NCBI GenBank assembly: GCA_033762115.1
Contig: JANRLX010000092.1
Coordinates: 26,870 to 90,869, forward strand
Source: Verrucomicrobiota bacterium
Lineage (GTDB): Bacteria; Verrucomicrobiota; Verrucomicrobiia; Limisphaerales; SXQI01
DNA length: 64,000 nt
Reading direction: 5' to 3'
A program made the translations under genes and the position numbers. A model generated the notes under the pieces. The model ran no database searches. It was not told the origin of the DNA and worked only from the letters and a program-made list of their open reading frames with translations. Below, one piece after another: positions 45,891 to 54,888 of this stretch (the first letter of the stretch is position 1; the number at the start of each line of letters is the position of its first letter).

Positions 45891-48800
45891 ATGAGATCGA
45901 CCCATCACAACCCTCGCCTGTTTCAGGCATTCCTTTTCTGCTGCATTTTGTTAAGTTGCCAGGCTGCGGAATTGTCTTTGTTCAATGGAAGAAATCTCGA
46001 TGGCTGGGAAGGAAATCGACAGACCTGGCGAGTGGAGCAGGGGAGTATCACCGGGGGATCGCTCGCTGAAACCACAAAAGAAAATGATTTTCTCTGCACG
46101 GAACGTGAGTTCACGAATTTCATCGTTCAACTCCAGTTTAAACTGAGCGGAGCTGAAGGGTTCATCAATAGCGGCATTCAAATCCGCAGCAAACGTGTTC
46201 CCGGTTCACATGAAGTCGCCGGATACCAATGCGATTTGGGTGATCCGGACTGGTGGGGTGCGATCTACGATGAAGCACGGCGAAACCGCGTTCTTTTCCC
46301 CACCGATATGGTTGCTGTCAATGAAGTGGTGCGACGCGGGGATTGGAATGATTACAAAATTCGTGCTGACGGGCCTCGAATTACAGTTTGGCTCAACGGT
46401 GTCAGGACTGCGGATTATTATGAAGAGGATCCGAGCATTCCGAATTCCGGGGTGATTGCAATTCAACTGCACGGCGGTGGCAAAGCCATGGTACAGGTCA
46501 GGGAGATCAAGCTGACCGAACTGCCTGCCACTCGACCGGAAGACCGATTTATCGGGGCGGCTGAGCCGAAGCCTGCGCAGAAAACCTCTCCCCTCAAACC
46601 GGAAGAGCAGCGGGCCAGTTTCTCGCTTCCGGAAGGTTTTGAGATCGAATTGGTGGCCAGTGAAGAGCAGGGAGTGGAAAAACCGGTCACGGTCAGTTGG
46701 GACGAACGTGGTCGCCTTTGGACCATGACTGCGGTGGAGTACCCGGTCGATGCCAATGACAACAAGGAACTGGCCGAAGCGCTTTATCGACAACCAGGGA
46801 AAGACAAGGTGCTGATCTTTGACAACCCATATGGAGAAAATCCGGGACACTCGCGTGTTTTTGCCGATGGGCTGGCCATTCCACTCGGATTGCTCCCCTA
46901 CAAGGATGGAGCATTCGTTCAGCATGGCCCGGACATCGTTTTTCTCCGCGACACGAACAACGATGGCAAAGCTGACCAAAGGGAAATGATCCTGACCGGG
47001 TTCGGCGTGGGCGATTCCCATTTGATGCCGCACCAATTTACCCGCGCCCCGGGCGGCTGGATTCTTGTCGCGCAAGGGGCATTCAACTATTCCCAGGTGA
47101 AACTCAAATCGGGAGACACCCACCGCTTTGATCAGACATTGCTTGGCCGCTTCACACCGGATGGGATGCGGATGGAAACACTGGGTTACGGCCCGTGCAA
47201 TATTTGGGGCCTGGTGATGACACGCGAGGGTGAGTTGTTCATTCAGGAAGCAAATGATTATGGCTACCCAGCCATGCCCTTTCATGAAGGGGCCTGTTAT
47301 CCGGGATGCACTCCCTTTCCAAAACCGTATGCACCTCCATTTCCGGGGACTTCCCGTTTACCGATGGGAGGAACGGGGCTCTCCGGGCTGGCGCTGAGCG
47401 ATGCAAAAGGCGCTTATCCCGGCGCTTATGCCAATACGTTCTATATCGCCAATCCGATCACCCGGCGGATTCAAGCGGTGAAATTCGAGCATGAGGAAGG
47501 GGAATGGAAACTGATCAAGCTGCCTGATTTCGTGACCTCTTCTGACGAATGGTTCAGGCCAGTCTCCATCCAGTTTGGCCCGGACGGCTGCCTTTACATT
47601 GTCGATTGGTATAACAAGGTCATTTCGCATAACGAAATTTCCCGCAACCACCCGGACCGTGACAAAACGCGCGGGAGAATCTGGCGGGTCCGCCATAAAG
47701 AACAAAAACGATTTCACCCGACACATTTTGGTGAGATTGCGGAAGAAAAGTTGATGGAACTGCTGGGGACGGATTCCATTTGGAATTCCCATGCCGCATG
47801 GCAGGCGATTGTCGACAGAAACTGCCAGCAGTTGGTGCCGCAGCTTCGTGCGGTGGCGACAAGAAATACCGAATCGGATGCTCGACGTGTGCAGGCGCTC
47901 TGGGCTCTGGACGGCCTGAAGGCAGTTGATCTCCCGCTTTTGAACACGCTGGTTCGTGATGGAAGCCGTCATCTGCGACGTGAAACTGTTAAAGTGGCCC
48001 TGGCCAGCTTGCCTGCAAATATCGCCCTGCCATTGATGCTCCAGGTGGGAAAGGACGGTGACCCGGAGGTGCGCGCGGAAGTGGTCCGATCCTGCGGCCG
48101 GATGTTGATGAAGGAACCAGCGGCTTTTCCGGCTTTGATGGAGTTAAGCGAAACGCCAGTCAGCAGCCCGAAAATGCGCAGCACGCACAACGGCCAACCC
48201 ATCCTCACAGGCAAGGCTTATGGGACGGAATTTCGCAGATACCTGATTCGTTCCGCCCTGGAAAATGCTTCACAACGAACCGCGGAATTTCTGGCGAGTG
48301 ATGCTGGAAAAATAGCGCCCATCGAAGGGCGTTTGCTTGCGGCCCTCGCCCTGCAACCGGAGGTATCCGCTTCGTTTGTTGCGGAAATTCTTCCCCAACT
48401 GACACGCATTCCATCCGAGGAGGAAATTTTGAGATTGGCTGGATTTCCCTCAGCGCCCGGCGTGGCAGAAGCTTTGGGAAAAATCCTGGCAAATCCCACA
48501 TTGCAGGCAACGGCAGTGGAGACGCTCGTTCGCGGGGTGACACGGCTCAAACGTGAGGAACTCGCTCCGCTCCTCTCTGAAGTTGCAGGCCGGTTATTGC
48601 GCGACCCTGCTCAATCACAGCGCGGCTTGCATCTGGCAGCCGCATTTCAGTTGAAAAATGTTGAGAATGAAATCATCCCGCTCCTCGACGCAGCCGGTGA
48701 CCCACAAACACAAATGGCTGCGCTCCGAGCCTTGAAAGAGATCGGTGCCGATCAGGGGGATTTGTATGCAAAAATGCTTCGCACCACCTCAAATGGATCC

Positions 48801-50120
48801 CTTCGAGCGGAAGCGTTAAATGCATTGGCCTCGGTTTCCTCAACGAATGCCACTGGTAAACTTCTCGAGCTGTGGCCTTCCTTGAAAAAAGGGGAGCAGC
48901 AGTCTGCCATGAGCCAGCTCGCAGGGCATAAGCCAGGACGAGAACAAATTTTTGCCGGGTTGCAAACTGGAACATTTCAACCCGACGAGTTGCCTGACCT
49001 GGTGATTGAAAAAATGATTTCCTCCCAACCTGAACGAAAAGAGGAACTCACCGCGTTGCTGGGAGGGACGTTGTTTTCAACCCTGCGGCTGGATGGCAGT
49101 TCTAACGGAAATTCAAACACCGATATTGATTTGCAAGGTCCCTTCACCATTGAAACCTGGATTCGCCTTGATGAGGGAATCGGAAATGAGGATGGCATTC
49201 TCGGCAGGCCCGGCGGCGCGGATTTTAATTTCGCCGACGGGTTTTTCCGTCTTTACGGCGGTCCGCAACTGGGTGATCTGGTCGTCGCCACTCGCAAAAT
49301 GACAGCAGGTCTCTGGACACACCTTGCGGTGACACGAAATGATTCAGGGGAGTTCCGGATTTATATCGATGGTGAATTAAATGCAGTCAGTTCCAGGAAA
49401 TGGGTGGAACCGTTTGATGATTTGGACATTGGCCGCGTGACGCCCCAAAGCGCAGGCACGAGTGCGTTGCTTGCTGAATTCCGTGTTTGGAACCTGCTTC
49501 GCAGCCCGGAGCAGATTCGTCGCGATTTTGACCGCAGCCTTCGTGATGCCGTCCGCCCGCTTGAATTGACCCACTATTATCAAGGCACCAATTGGGGGCT
49601 CTTGCGCGGTTCAGCTGCCATCATCACGACAATTGATGCGCCACCGCTGCTGACCGCGGTGGAGGTTGAAGAGTTTTCGCACAAATTTGAAAAATTCCAT
49701 CAGCTCGCTGAACGGAAGGGAAATGCCGCTCGTGGCAGGGAAATCGCCGCGATCTGCTTTACCTGTCACGCGGTGCATGGTGAAGGTGGGAACATTGGGC
49801 CAAACCTGAATGGCGCGGGAGCAATGGGACGTGAGGCTTTATTGCGGAGCATCCTCACCCCAAACGCCGCGATGGAAGCTGGCTATCGGATATACCGCGT
49901 TCAATTGCATAATGAGGAACTATTGGACACATTTTTCGTTTCCGAAACAGAAGAGGCAATCATTGTTCGCATCCCGGGAAGCCAGGATCGTCGTATCCCA
50001 CGTTCGGAAATTCGAAAGGCGGGATTCATTCGCCGTTCCCTCATGCCGGAAGGATTACTGGAAGGATTGCCTGAAGAGGATGTGACCGATCTGCTCACTT
50101 ATTTGCAGGCGATCAAATAA
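45891..50120 (+). CDS. Giant PVC-type CxxCH protein: DUF1080, beta-propeller dehydrogenase, HEAT repeats, LamG and cytochrome c
   Basis: Signal peptide; SLFNGRNLDGW/NSGIQIRS/GVIAIQLH; FSLPEGFEIELVASE and FGPDGCLYIVDWY; PFTIETWI..WTHLAVTR..IYIDG; CFTCH and SLMPEGLL. Confidence 0.88.
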   Translation: MRSTHHNPRLFQAFLFCCILLSCQAAELSLFNGRNLDGWEGNRQTWRVEQGSITGGSLAETTKENDFLCTEREFTNFIVQLQFKLSGAEGFINSGIQIRSKRVPGSHEVAGYQCDLGDPDWWGAIYDEARRNRVLFPTDMVAVNEVVRRGDWNDYKIRADGPRITVWLNGVRTADYYEEDPSIPNSGVIAIQLHGGGKAMVQVREIKLTELPATRPEDRFIGAAEPKPAQKTSPLKPEEQRASFSLPEGFEIELVASEEQGVEKPVTVSWDERGRLWTMTAVEYPVDANDNKELAEALYRQPGKDKVLIFDNPYGENPGHSRVFADGLAIPLGLLPYKDGAFVQHGPDIVFLRDTNNDGKADQREMILTGFGVGDSHLMPHQFTRAPGGWILVAQGAFNYSQVKLKSGDTHRFDQTLLGRFTPDGMRMETLGYGPCNIWGLVMTREGELFIQEANDYGYPAMPFHEGACYPGCTPFPKPYAPPFPGTSRLPMGGTGLSGLALSDAKGAYPGAYANTFYIANPITRRIQAVKFEHEEGEWKLIKLPDFVTSSDEWFRPVSIQFGPDGCLYIVDWYNKVISHNEISRNHPDRDKTRGRIWRVRHKEQKRFHPTHFGEIAEEKLMELLGTDSIWNSHAAWQAIVDRNCQQLVPQLRAVATRNTESDARRVQALWALDGLKAVDLPLLNTLVRDGSRHLRRETVKVALASLPANIALPLMLQVGKDGDPEVRAEVVRSCGRMLMKEPAAFPALMELSETPVSSPKMRSTHNGQPILTGKAYGTEFRRYLIRSALENASQRTAEFLASDAGKIAPIEGRLLAALALQPEVSASFVAEILPQLTRIPSEEEILRLAGFPSAPGVAEALGKILANPTLQATAVETLVRGVTRLKREELAPLLSEVAGRLLRDPAQSQRGLHLAAAFQLKNVENEIIPLLDAAGDPQTQMAALRALKEIGADQGDLYAKMLRTTSNGSLRAEALNALASVSSTNATGKLLELWPSLKKGEQQSAMSQLAGHKPGREQIFAGLQTGTFQPDELPDLVIEKMISSQPERKEELTALLGGTLFSTLRLDGSSNGNSNTDIDLQGPFTIETWIRLDEGIGNEDGILGRPGGADFNFADGFFRLYGGPQLGDLVVATRKMTAGLWTHLAVTRNDSGEFRIYIDGELNAVSSRKWVEPFDDLDIGRVTPQSAGTSALLAEFRVWNLLRSPEQIRRDFDRSLRDAVRPLELTHYYQGTNWGLLRGSAAIITTIDAPPLLTAVEVEEFSHKFEKFHQLAERKGNAARGREIAAICFTCHAVHGEGGNIGPNLNGAGAMGREALLRSILTPNAAMEAGYRIYRVQLHNEELLDTFFVSETEEAIIVRIPGSQDRRIPRSEIRKAGFIRRSLMPEGLLEGLPEEDVTDLLTYLQAIK

Positions 50121-50167
50121 TTTGTTGAATGACAAACCAGCCCCGCTCTTGCCAAGATCAGGCAGCC

Positions 50168-50602
50168 ATGAGTGATTCAGATATTTCTCTTAGACGTTTT
50201 GTCACTGCCGCCGAAGCTGTCCGGATCCAGTCGCCCTGGACAATCGAGGAATGGATGTGCCGCTCTGACATTGTAAACAATGAACATCTCATGCTTGTCC
50301 GTGCCAACATGGACCCCTTCCGTTCCCATCCTTTTCACAGCCATCCCACCCGTGAAGAGTTGATCTACATCATTTCAGGGCAGGCTGAGCAATGGATCGG
50401 AAAGCAGCATCGCATTCTCAAACCGGGTGAAATGGTCTTCATTCCGAAAGGAGAGGTGCATGGAACTTACAATCCCTTTGCAGAAAAGCTGGTCTTCCTG
50501 GCGATTCTTTCCCCTTCCAACGCTCCGGAACCAGCAATTGTCGATGTCTCCACATCGGAGCCTTGGGCCTCAATGCGCAAGGGATTTCCCCCTGTGAGCT
50601 GA
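50168..50602 (+). CDS. Cupin domain protein
   Basis: HPFHSHPTREELIYIISG and GEMVFIPKGEVH. Confidence 0.9.
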   Translation: MSDSDISLRRFVTAAEAVRIQSPWTIEEWMCRSDIVNNEHLMLVRANMDPFRSHPFHSHPTREELIYIISGQAEQWIGKQHRILKPGEMVFIPKGEVHGTYNPFAEKLVFLAILSPSNAPEPAIVDVSTSEPWASMRKGFPPVS

Positions 50603-50607
50603 TACGG

Positions 50608-51300
50608 TCAGGCCTGCACGCTGTTTTCCCCGCCTCGGTCTATTTCCGCGATGAGGAAATGAATCAGATACTTTAATCGCGCTTCCAGGTTTGTCGTTTC
50701 CAGGATGGTTTGCCGCTGCAGTGCCCCTGAAAGCAAAGTGCAGGAGACGAGGTCCGCCAACTGATCCGGGTTTTCAAGGCGGCTTAAAAATTTGACCACC
50801 TGCTGCACGGAGAGGTCCTTGGGCAGGATGGCTTTTTTCTGCGGTGGAGTTTCATTCACCTGGTTAAAAAAATGGACGGGAAACTCGACCCCCTGCTCAA
50901 AGCGTTCGACCACCAGGTCGAGCACCTTCGCCGTCAGCGCATCAATCACCACGCTGTCACTGCCCACGGTTTCGAGCGGTTGGATTTCCTGCCTGCGGTA
51001 AGGCTTGTAATGGACGATTTTCATCAGTTCAACCCGTGCGATTCCCTGCAACACCACATGTGAAGTGCCATCTTTATGAGTGACTGCAGCGCGGATCAAT
51101 CCCACCCCGGCCACACCCGAGGGAATCTCACGGACCAGCCCGGGCTTTTGCATCGCCACGGCAAACACCCGGTCAGACTCCAGCGCGTCCTTTAACATCT
51201 TGCGATAGCGCGGCTCGAAAATCTTGAGCGGGAGCATCGCCTGGGGGAAAAGCGTCGCGTTCGAGAGCGTCATGACAGGGACGTCTTTAGGCAGAACCAT
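50608..51300 (-). CDS. Stand-alone LON peptidase N-terminal substrate-binding domain protein
   Basis: LFPQAMLPLKIFEPRYRKM, VVLQGIARV and RQTILE; no ATPase or protease domain. Confidence 0.88.
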   Translation of the reverse strand: MVLPKDVPVMTLSNATLFPQAMLPLKIFEPRYRKMLKDALESDRVFAVAMQKPGLVREIPSGVAGVGLIRAAVTHKDGTSHVVLQGIARVELMKIVHYKPYRRQEIQPLETVGSDSVVIDALTAKVLDLVVERFEQGVEFPVHFFNQVNETPPQKKAILPKDLSVQQVVKFLSRLENPDQLADLVSCTLLSGALQRQTILETTNLEARLKYLIHFLIAEIDRGGENSVQA

Positions 51301-51388
51301 GAATACAATTTAAGATTAAACGTCGCTTATTCAAGAGCAGATGAGGGCTTGCCAAATCGGCACCTGCCCAGCACTGTAATTTTTGCCT

Positions 51389-52162
51389 ATGAATTCAAAA
51401 CCAATGGTTGTGTTGCTGATCGTAGTCTGTCTCCTTCTGAGCGGCAGTCTCTATTATCGACACATCAATGCCGAGAAGAAAGTGGCTGCTGATGCGGCCA
51501 CAATCAAGCATCTCTCAAACCAGGTGATGCAAGCCAAAGAATCACTTTCCGAGCAGCAATTGGTCAATGCCTCCCTGGAAACAAATCTGATCGTCAGTCA
51601 GGATGAGATCCAGAGAATCTCAAATTCATTGGTGAATATCAGTTCCAACCTGGCCAAAACCGAGGCCCAGGCCAAAGCCGCCGCGGAAGCGGCGGCTGCC
51701 GAGATGGCCAAAAGAGATGCGCGAATCAGCGAACTCGAAGGGCAGCGGGATGACCTTACCCGACGCATGACCGAATTGAACGGGGCCATCACAGGCCTCG
51801 AAACGGAAATTACCGAGACCCAGCGGAAGCTGGCCGCTTCTGAAGGTGATCGCGCTTTCCTGCTCAAGGAGTTGAAGCGGTTGCAGAATGAAAAACTGGA
51901 ACTGGAACGGCAATTTAATGACCTGGCAGCGCTCCGCGACCAGGTGCGCAAACTGCGGGATGAACTTTCAATTTCCCGCCGTCTGGACTGGATTCGCCGC
52001 GGTTTGTACGGGTCACTCAAGGGAGCTGAGAAGCTGCAAAAGGGTCCCACTGCTCCAAACACCAACCAGGGTAACTTTGACCTGAACGTTGAACTGAAAC
52101 AGGATGGTTCCGTGCAGGTCAATCCAGCCGCGACGAACGCACCTGCGCCTGCCGCGAAGTAG
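51389..52162 (+). CDS. Membrane-anchored coiled-coil hypothetical protein
   Basis: N-terminal hydrophobic helix followed by a long heptad-rich region. Confidence 0.8.
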   Translation: MNSKPMVVLLIVVCLLLSGSLYYRHINAEKKVAADAATIKHLSNQVMQAKESLSEQQLVNASLETNLIVSQDEIQRISNSLVNISSNLAKTEAQAKAAAEAAAAEMAKRDARISELEGQRDDLTRRMTELNGAITGLETEITETQRKLAASEGDRAFLLKELKRLQNEKLELERQFNDLAALRDQVRKLRDELSISRRLDWIRRGLYGSLKGAEKLQKGPTAPNTNQGNFDLNVELKQDGSVQVNPAATNAPAPAAK

Positions 52163-52213
52163 CACTCGATAAATCCGGGTGACGCGCAGCCCCTTTCAAC
52201 GGATGGTTGAAGC

Positions 52214-53296
52214 ATGACCGTTTCCACGCCCAGCGTGTTGCCGCCGATGAATGATTCGTACGGCCGCACCATTCGCGACCTGCGGGTGAGCCTGACGGAT
52301 CGTTGTAATTTTCGCTGCATGTACTGCCTGCCGGAAACGGAGCAGGCCGCGAATTTTTACCGGAGCAAGTTCGACCCAATCAATAATCCCAGGCCGAAAA
52401 CAATCCCACTGCCTCCGCTGAAAACGCGGGAAGAGATTCTGCGCCTTGAGGAAATCGAGCGATTGGTGCGAGTGGCTGTTTCTCTCGGGATCAACAAGGT
52501 GCGTCTGACCGGTGGGGAGCCGCTTTTGCGAAGGGGGCTGGAGGATTTGATTGCCCGGATCAGCAAACTTCCAGGGCTCGATGATCTTGCGCTGACGACG
52601 AACGGCTTTTTGTTCGAGGAGAAGGGGCCCGCGCTGGCCGAAGCCGGGTTGCGCAGGATCAGTTTCAGCCTCGATTCGCTGGACCGGGAAAATTTCCGCA
52701 AGATCACTGGTCGCGATGGGTTGGGCAGCGTGCTTCGCTCGATCCAACTGGCGCGGCAACTTGAATTGACTCCGATCAAGGTAAACGCTGTGATCATCCG
52801 TGGAATCAATGACCAGGAGATCGTGCCTTTGGCGCAATTCGCGATGGAGCAGGAGATTGCAATGCGGTTCATTGAATTCATGCCGCTGGATTCAGGCCGG
52901 CAATGGTTGAAGGAACTGGTGGTGCCCGGGCGTGAAATTTTTGAGCGCCTTTCCCGTGCGTTTGAGATGGAACAGGTTGTCCCTGCGCATGCGGCGGAAA
53001 CGGCGCGTCGCTGGCGGGTGAAAGGGAAAGCAGGGGAGATCGGGATCATCGCTCCGGTGACAGAGCCATTTTGCGGCGCATGCAATCGGATTCGCCTGAC
53101 TGCTGATGGCCAGGTGCGGACCTGTCTTTTTAGCGTTGTGGAGCATGACATTAAATGGCTGCTCCGCTCCGGCGCGAGTGATGAGCGGTTGCGTGAGCGG
53201 TTTCGTTCCATCGTTTCCCTGAAGGAAGACCGCCATCACATCGGCGAGGAGGAGTTCGTCCAACCAGCACGTTCGATGAGTTGCATCGGAGGTTAG
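52214..53296 (+). CDS. moaA: GTP 3',8-cyclase MoaA
   Basis: DLRVSLTDRCNFRCMYC, RLTGGEP, FCGACNRIRLTADG..RTCL and C-terminal IGG. Confidence 0.97.
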   Translation: MTVSTPSVLPPMNDSYGRTIRDLRVSLTDRCNFRCMYCLPETEQAANFYRSKFDPINNPRPKTIPLPPLKTREEILRLEEIERLVRVAVSLGINKVRLTGGEPLLRRGLEDLIARISKLPGLDDLALTTNGFLFEEKGPALAEAGLRRISFSLDSLDRENFRKITGRDGLGSVLRSIQLARQLELTPIKVNAVIIRGINDQEIVPLAQFAMEQEIAMRFIEFMPLDSGRQWLKELVVPGREIFERLSRAFEMEQVVPAHAAETARRWRVKGKAGEIGIIAPVTEPFCGACNRIRLTADGQVRTCLFSVVEHDIKWLLRSGASDERLRERFRSIVSLKEDRHHIGEEEFVQPARSMSCIGG

Positions 53297-53310
53297 GCAA
53301 ACAGGGGAGC

Positions 53311-54078
53311 TTACTTTCCAGCGGACCAGCCGCCATCAATGGTAAATGCGGTGCCGGTAATGAAGGCGGATTCGTCACTGGCGAGGTAAACGGCAGCAGC
53401 AGCAATTTCTTCCGGCGTGCCCATTCGGCCCAGGGCCTGGGTGGATGCCATTTCCGCGTAGGCTTTCTCCGGGTCCGGATATTCCCTGATGCGGGCAGAG
53501 ACGAACGGGGTTTCCACACGGCCTGGGCAGATGCAATTGACGCGAATGCCGTCACGGGCGTGATCGAGGGCCATGCATTTGGTGAGACCGACCACGGCAA
53601 ATTTGGTGGAGCAGTAGGCGAGGCGGTCACGAATTCCCACGATGCCGCCGATGGAGGCGAGATTGATGATGTTGCCCCGCCGATTTTTCAGCATGGAGGG
53701 GAGGAAGGCTTTGGTGACGTTAAACACGCCACGGACGTTCACTTGATAGAGTCGATCCAGGTCAGCGCCACTGGTTTGCGGCATGGCACCAACATGGCCA
53801 ATGCCTGCGTTGTTCACCAGGATATCGACGCGGGAAAAGCGCTCGAGCAATTGCCCGGCAGCAGCCGTGCAGGAGGATTCGTCAGTGACATCAAGGTGGA
53901 GGGGGGAGGCTTTGCCGCCGGTCTGGAGGATCTGGTTTGCCACAGCCTGGGCGGCGGGAAGTTGGATGTCTGCCAGGATGACTTGAGCGCCCTGGCTGGT
54001 GAAGGCGGCGGCAATGGCGGCGCCAATGCCTGAGCCTGCGCCGGTGACAAGGGCGATCTTTCCGGTCAATTGAAACAT
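53311..54078 (-). CDS. SDR family oxidoreductase
   Basis: TGAGSGIG, VNNAG, YCSTK and NCICPG. Confidence 0.93.
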   Translation of the reverse strand: MFQLTGKIALVTGAGSGIGAAIAAAFTSQGAQVILADIQLPAAQAVANQILQTGGKASPLHLDVTDESSCTAAAGQLLERFSRVDILVNNAGIGHVGAMPQTSGADLDRLYQVNVRGVFNVTKAFLPSMLKNRRGNIINLASIGGIVGIRDRLAYCSTKFAVVGLTKCMALDHARDGIRVNCICPGRVETPFVSARIREYPDPEKAYAEMASTQALGRMGTPEEIAAAAVYLASDESAFITGTAFTIDGGWSAGK

Positions 54079-54119
54079 GGAGCCAAGCTGGAGAAACGGC
54101 GGGAATTAACAATGTCAAA

Positions 54120-54434
54120 GTGGGAATTATCATAATATTCTCTTTATCAACGACTTGTGTAATATTTGAATGGGAAACCCGTGAAAGGAGGTGGGAACAA
54201 GTGGGAAATGGTGGGACGTAATTAAGGAAATGCTTAAGTAAGGTTGAGGGTATGGGAGGTGGGAAATGGGCGATGAAGTGGGAATTAGTGGGAACTGGTG
54301 GGCGCAGGCGTTGGGTTGGGCAATGGGTTTTCCGGCTGTCGCAAGCTCTGGTGAGGTGGTTGGACCTATGGAGTTGGTCAGAACCTGTGCCGGGCTGCTC
54401 TCGTGGGTCGCAGGGAGAAGTGGGAAATGGGAAA
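54120..54434 (+). repeat. Dispersed GTGGG(AA) repeats, including two triplets with exact 10-bp periodicity
   Basis: GTGGG at 54191/54201/54211 and 54278/54288/54298, plus copies at 54120, 54259 and 54420. Confidence 0.8.
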
Positions 54435-54685
54435 AGGTTTTTACAGGTAAAGGTGGAGTGCGGGAGTGCTCAGTTGATAAACCGATATCGATGAGCAGTC
54501 ACCGAAGTGGCTTGAGAGAGATGTGCATGATGGTTCTGTGGCGGATAAGGTTGGGAGTTCCGTTAGCGATGTCCGCAGAGTTGAAGCTTTGGTGAATCGC
54601 GATTGTGAGCGCGCCTCGGCAAAGCTGCCGTGAGTGTGTGGTTGAGGTTTTTATTTTAGTTTTTCATGATGTCATTGGGGGAGGT

Positions 54686-54850
54686 TAGAAGCCATCTCAT
54701 AAATGTCCAAGCAGCGCCTTGCGGGGATTTTAACCGGCTGCTTCGTTGCTCCTCAGTTACAGATCGCTGCGGATAGCTCCTTCGTCGCCCCTCGCATCCG
54801 GCTAAAATCCCTGGCGATTCGCAAGTTGTCCATTTATGAGATGACTTCTA
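54686..54850. mobile_element. MITE-like non-autonomous element (165 bp)
   Basis: 20-bp terminal inverted repeats TAGAAGCCATCTCATAAATG / CATTTATGAGATGACTTCTA (1 mismatch). Nested internal IR GGGATTTTAACCGGCTGC / GCATCCGGCTAAAATCCC. Flanked by TTAG/CTAG; no transposase. Confidence 0.78.
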
Positions 54851-54888
54851 GTAGAAACCTGTTGCGGCGGTTTTATAAGGTATTTGTG

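Noticed and set aside
54120..54440. GTGGG repeats as a CRISPR array
   Set aside because: Units are 5-10 bp with no 25-40-bp repeat/spacer structure, and there are no cas genes.
54130..54667. Minus-strand frame that would be open for about 180 codons given one frameshift and one in-frame TGA (54499-54501), suggesting a pseudogene or selenoprotein
   Set aside because: The product is low-complexity Pro/Ser/Thr/His with no motif. The G-poor strand is naturally depleted of stops, and no SECIS is evident.
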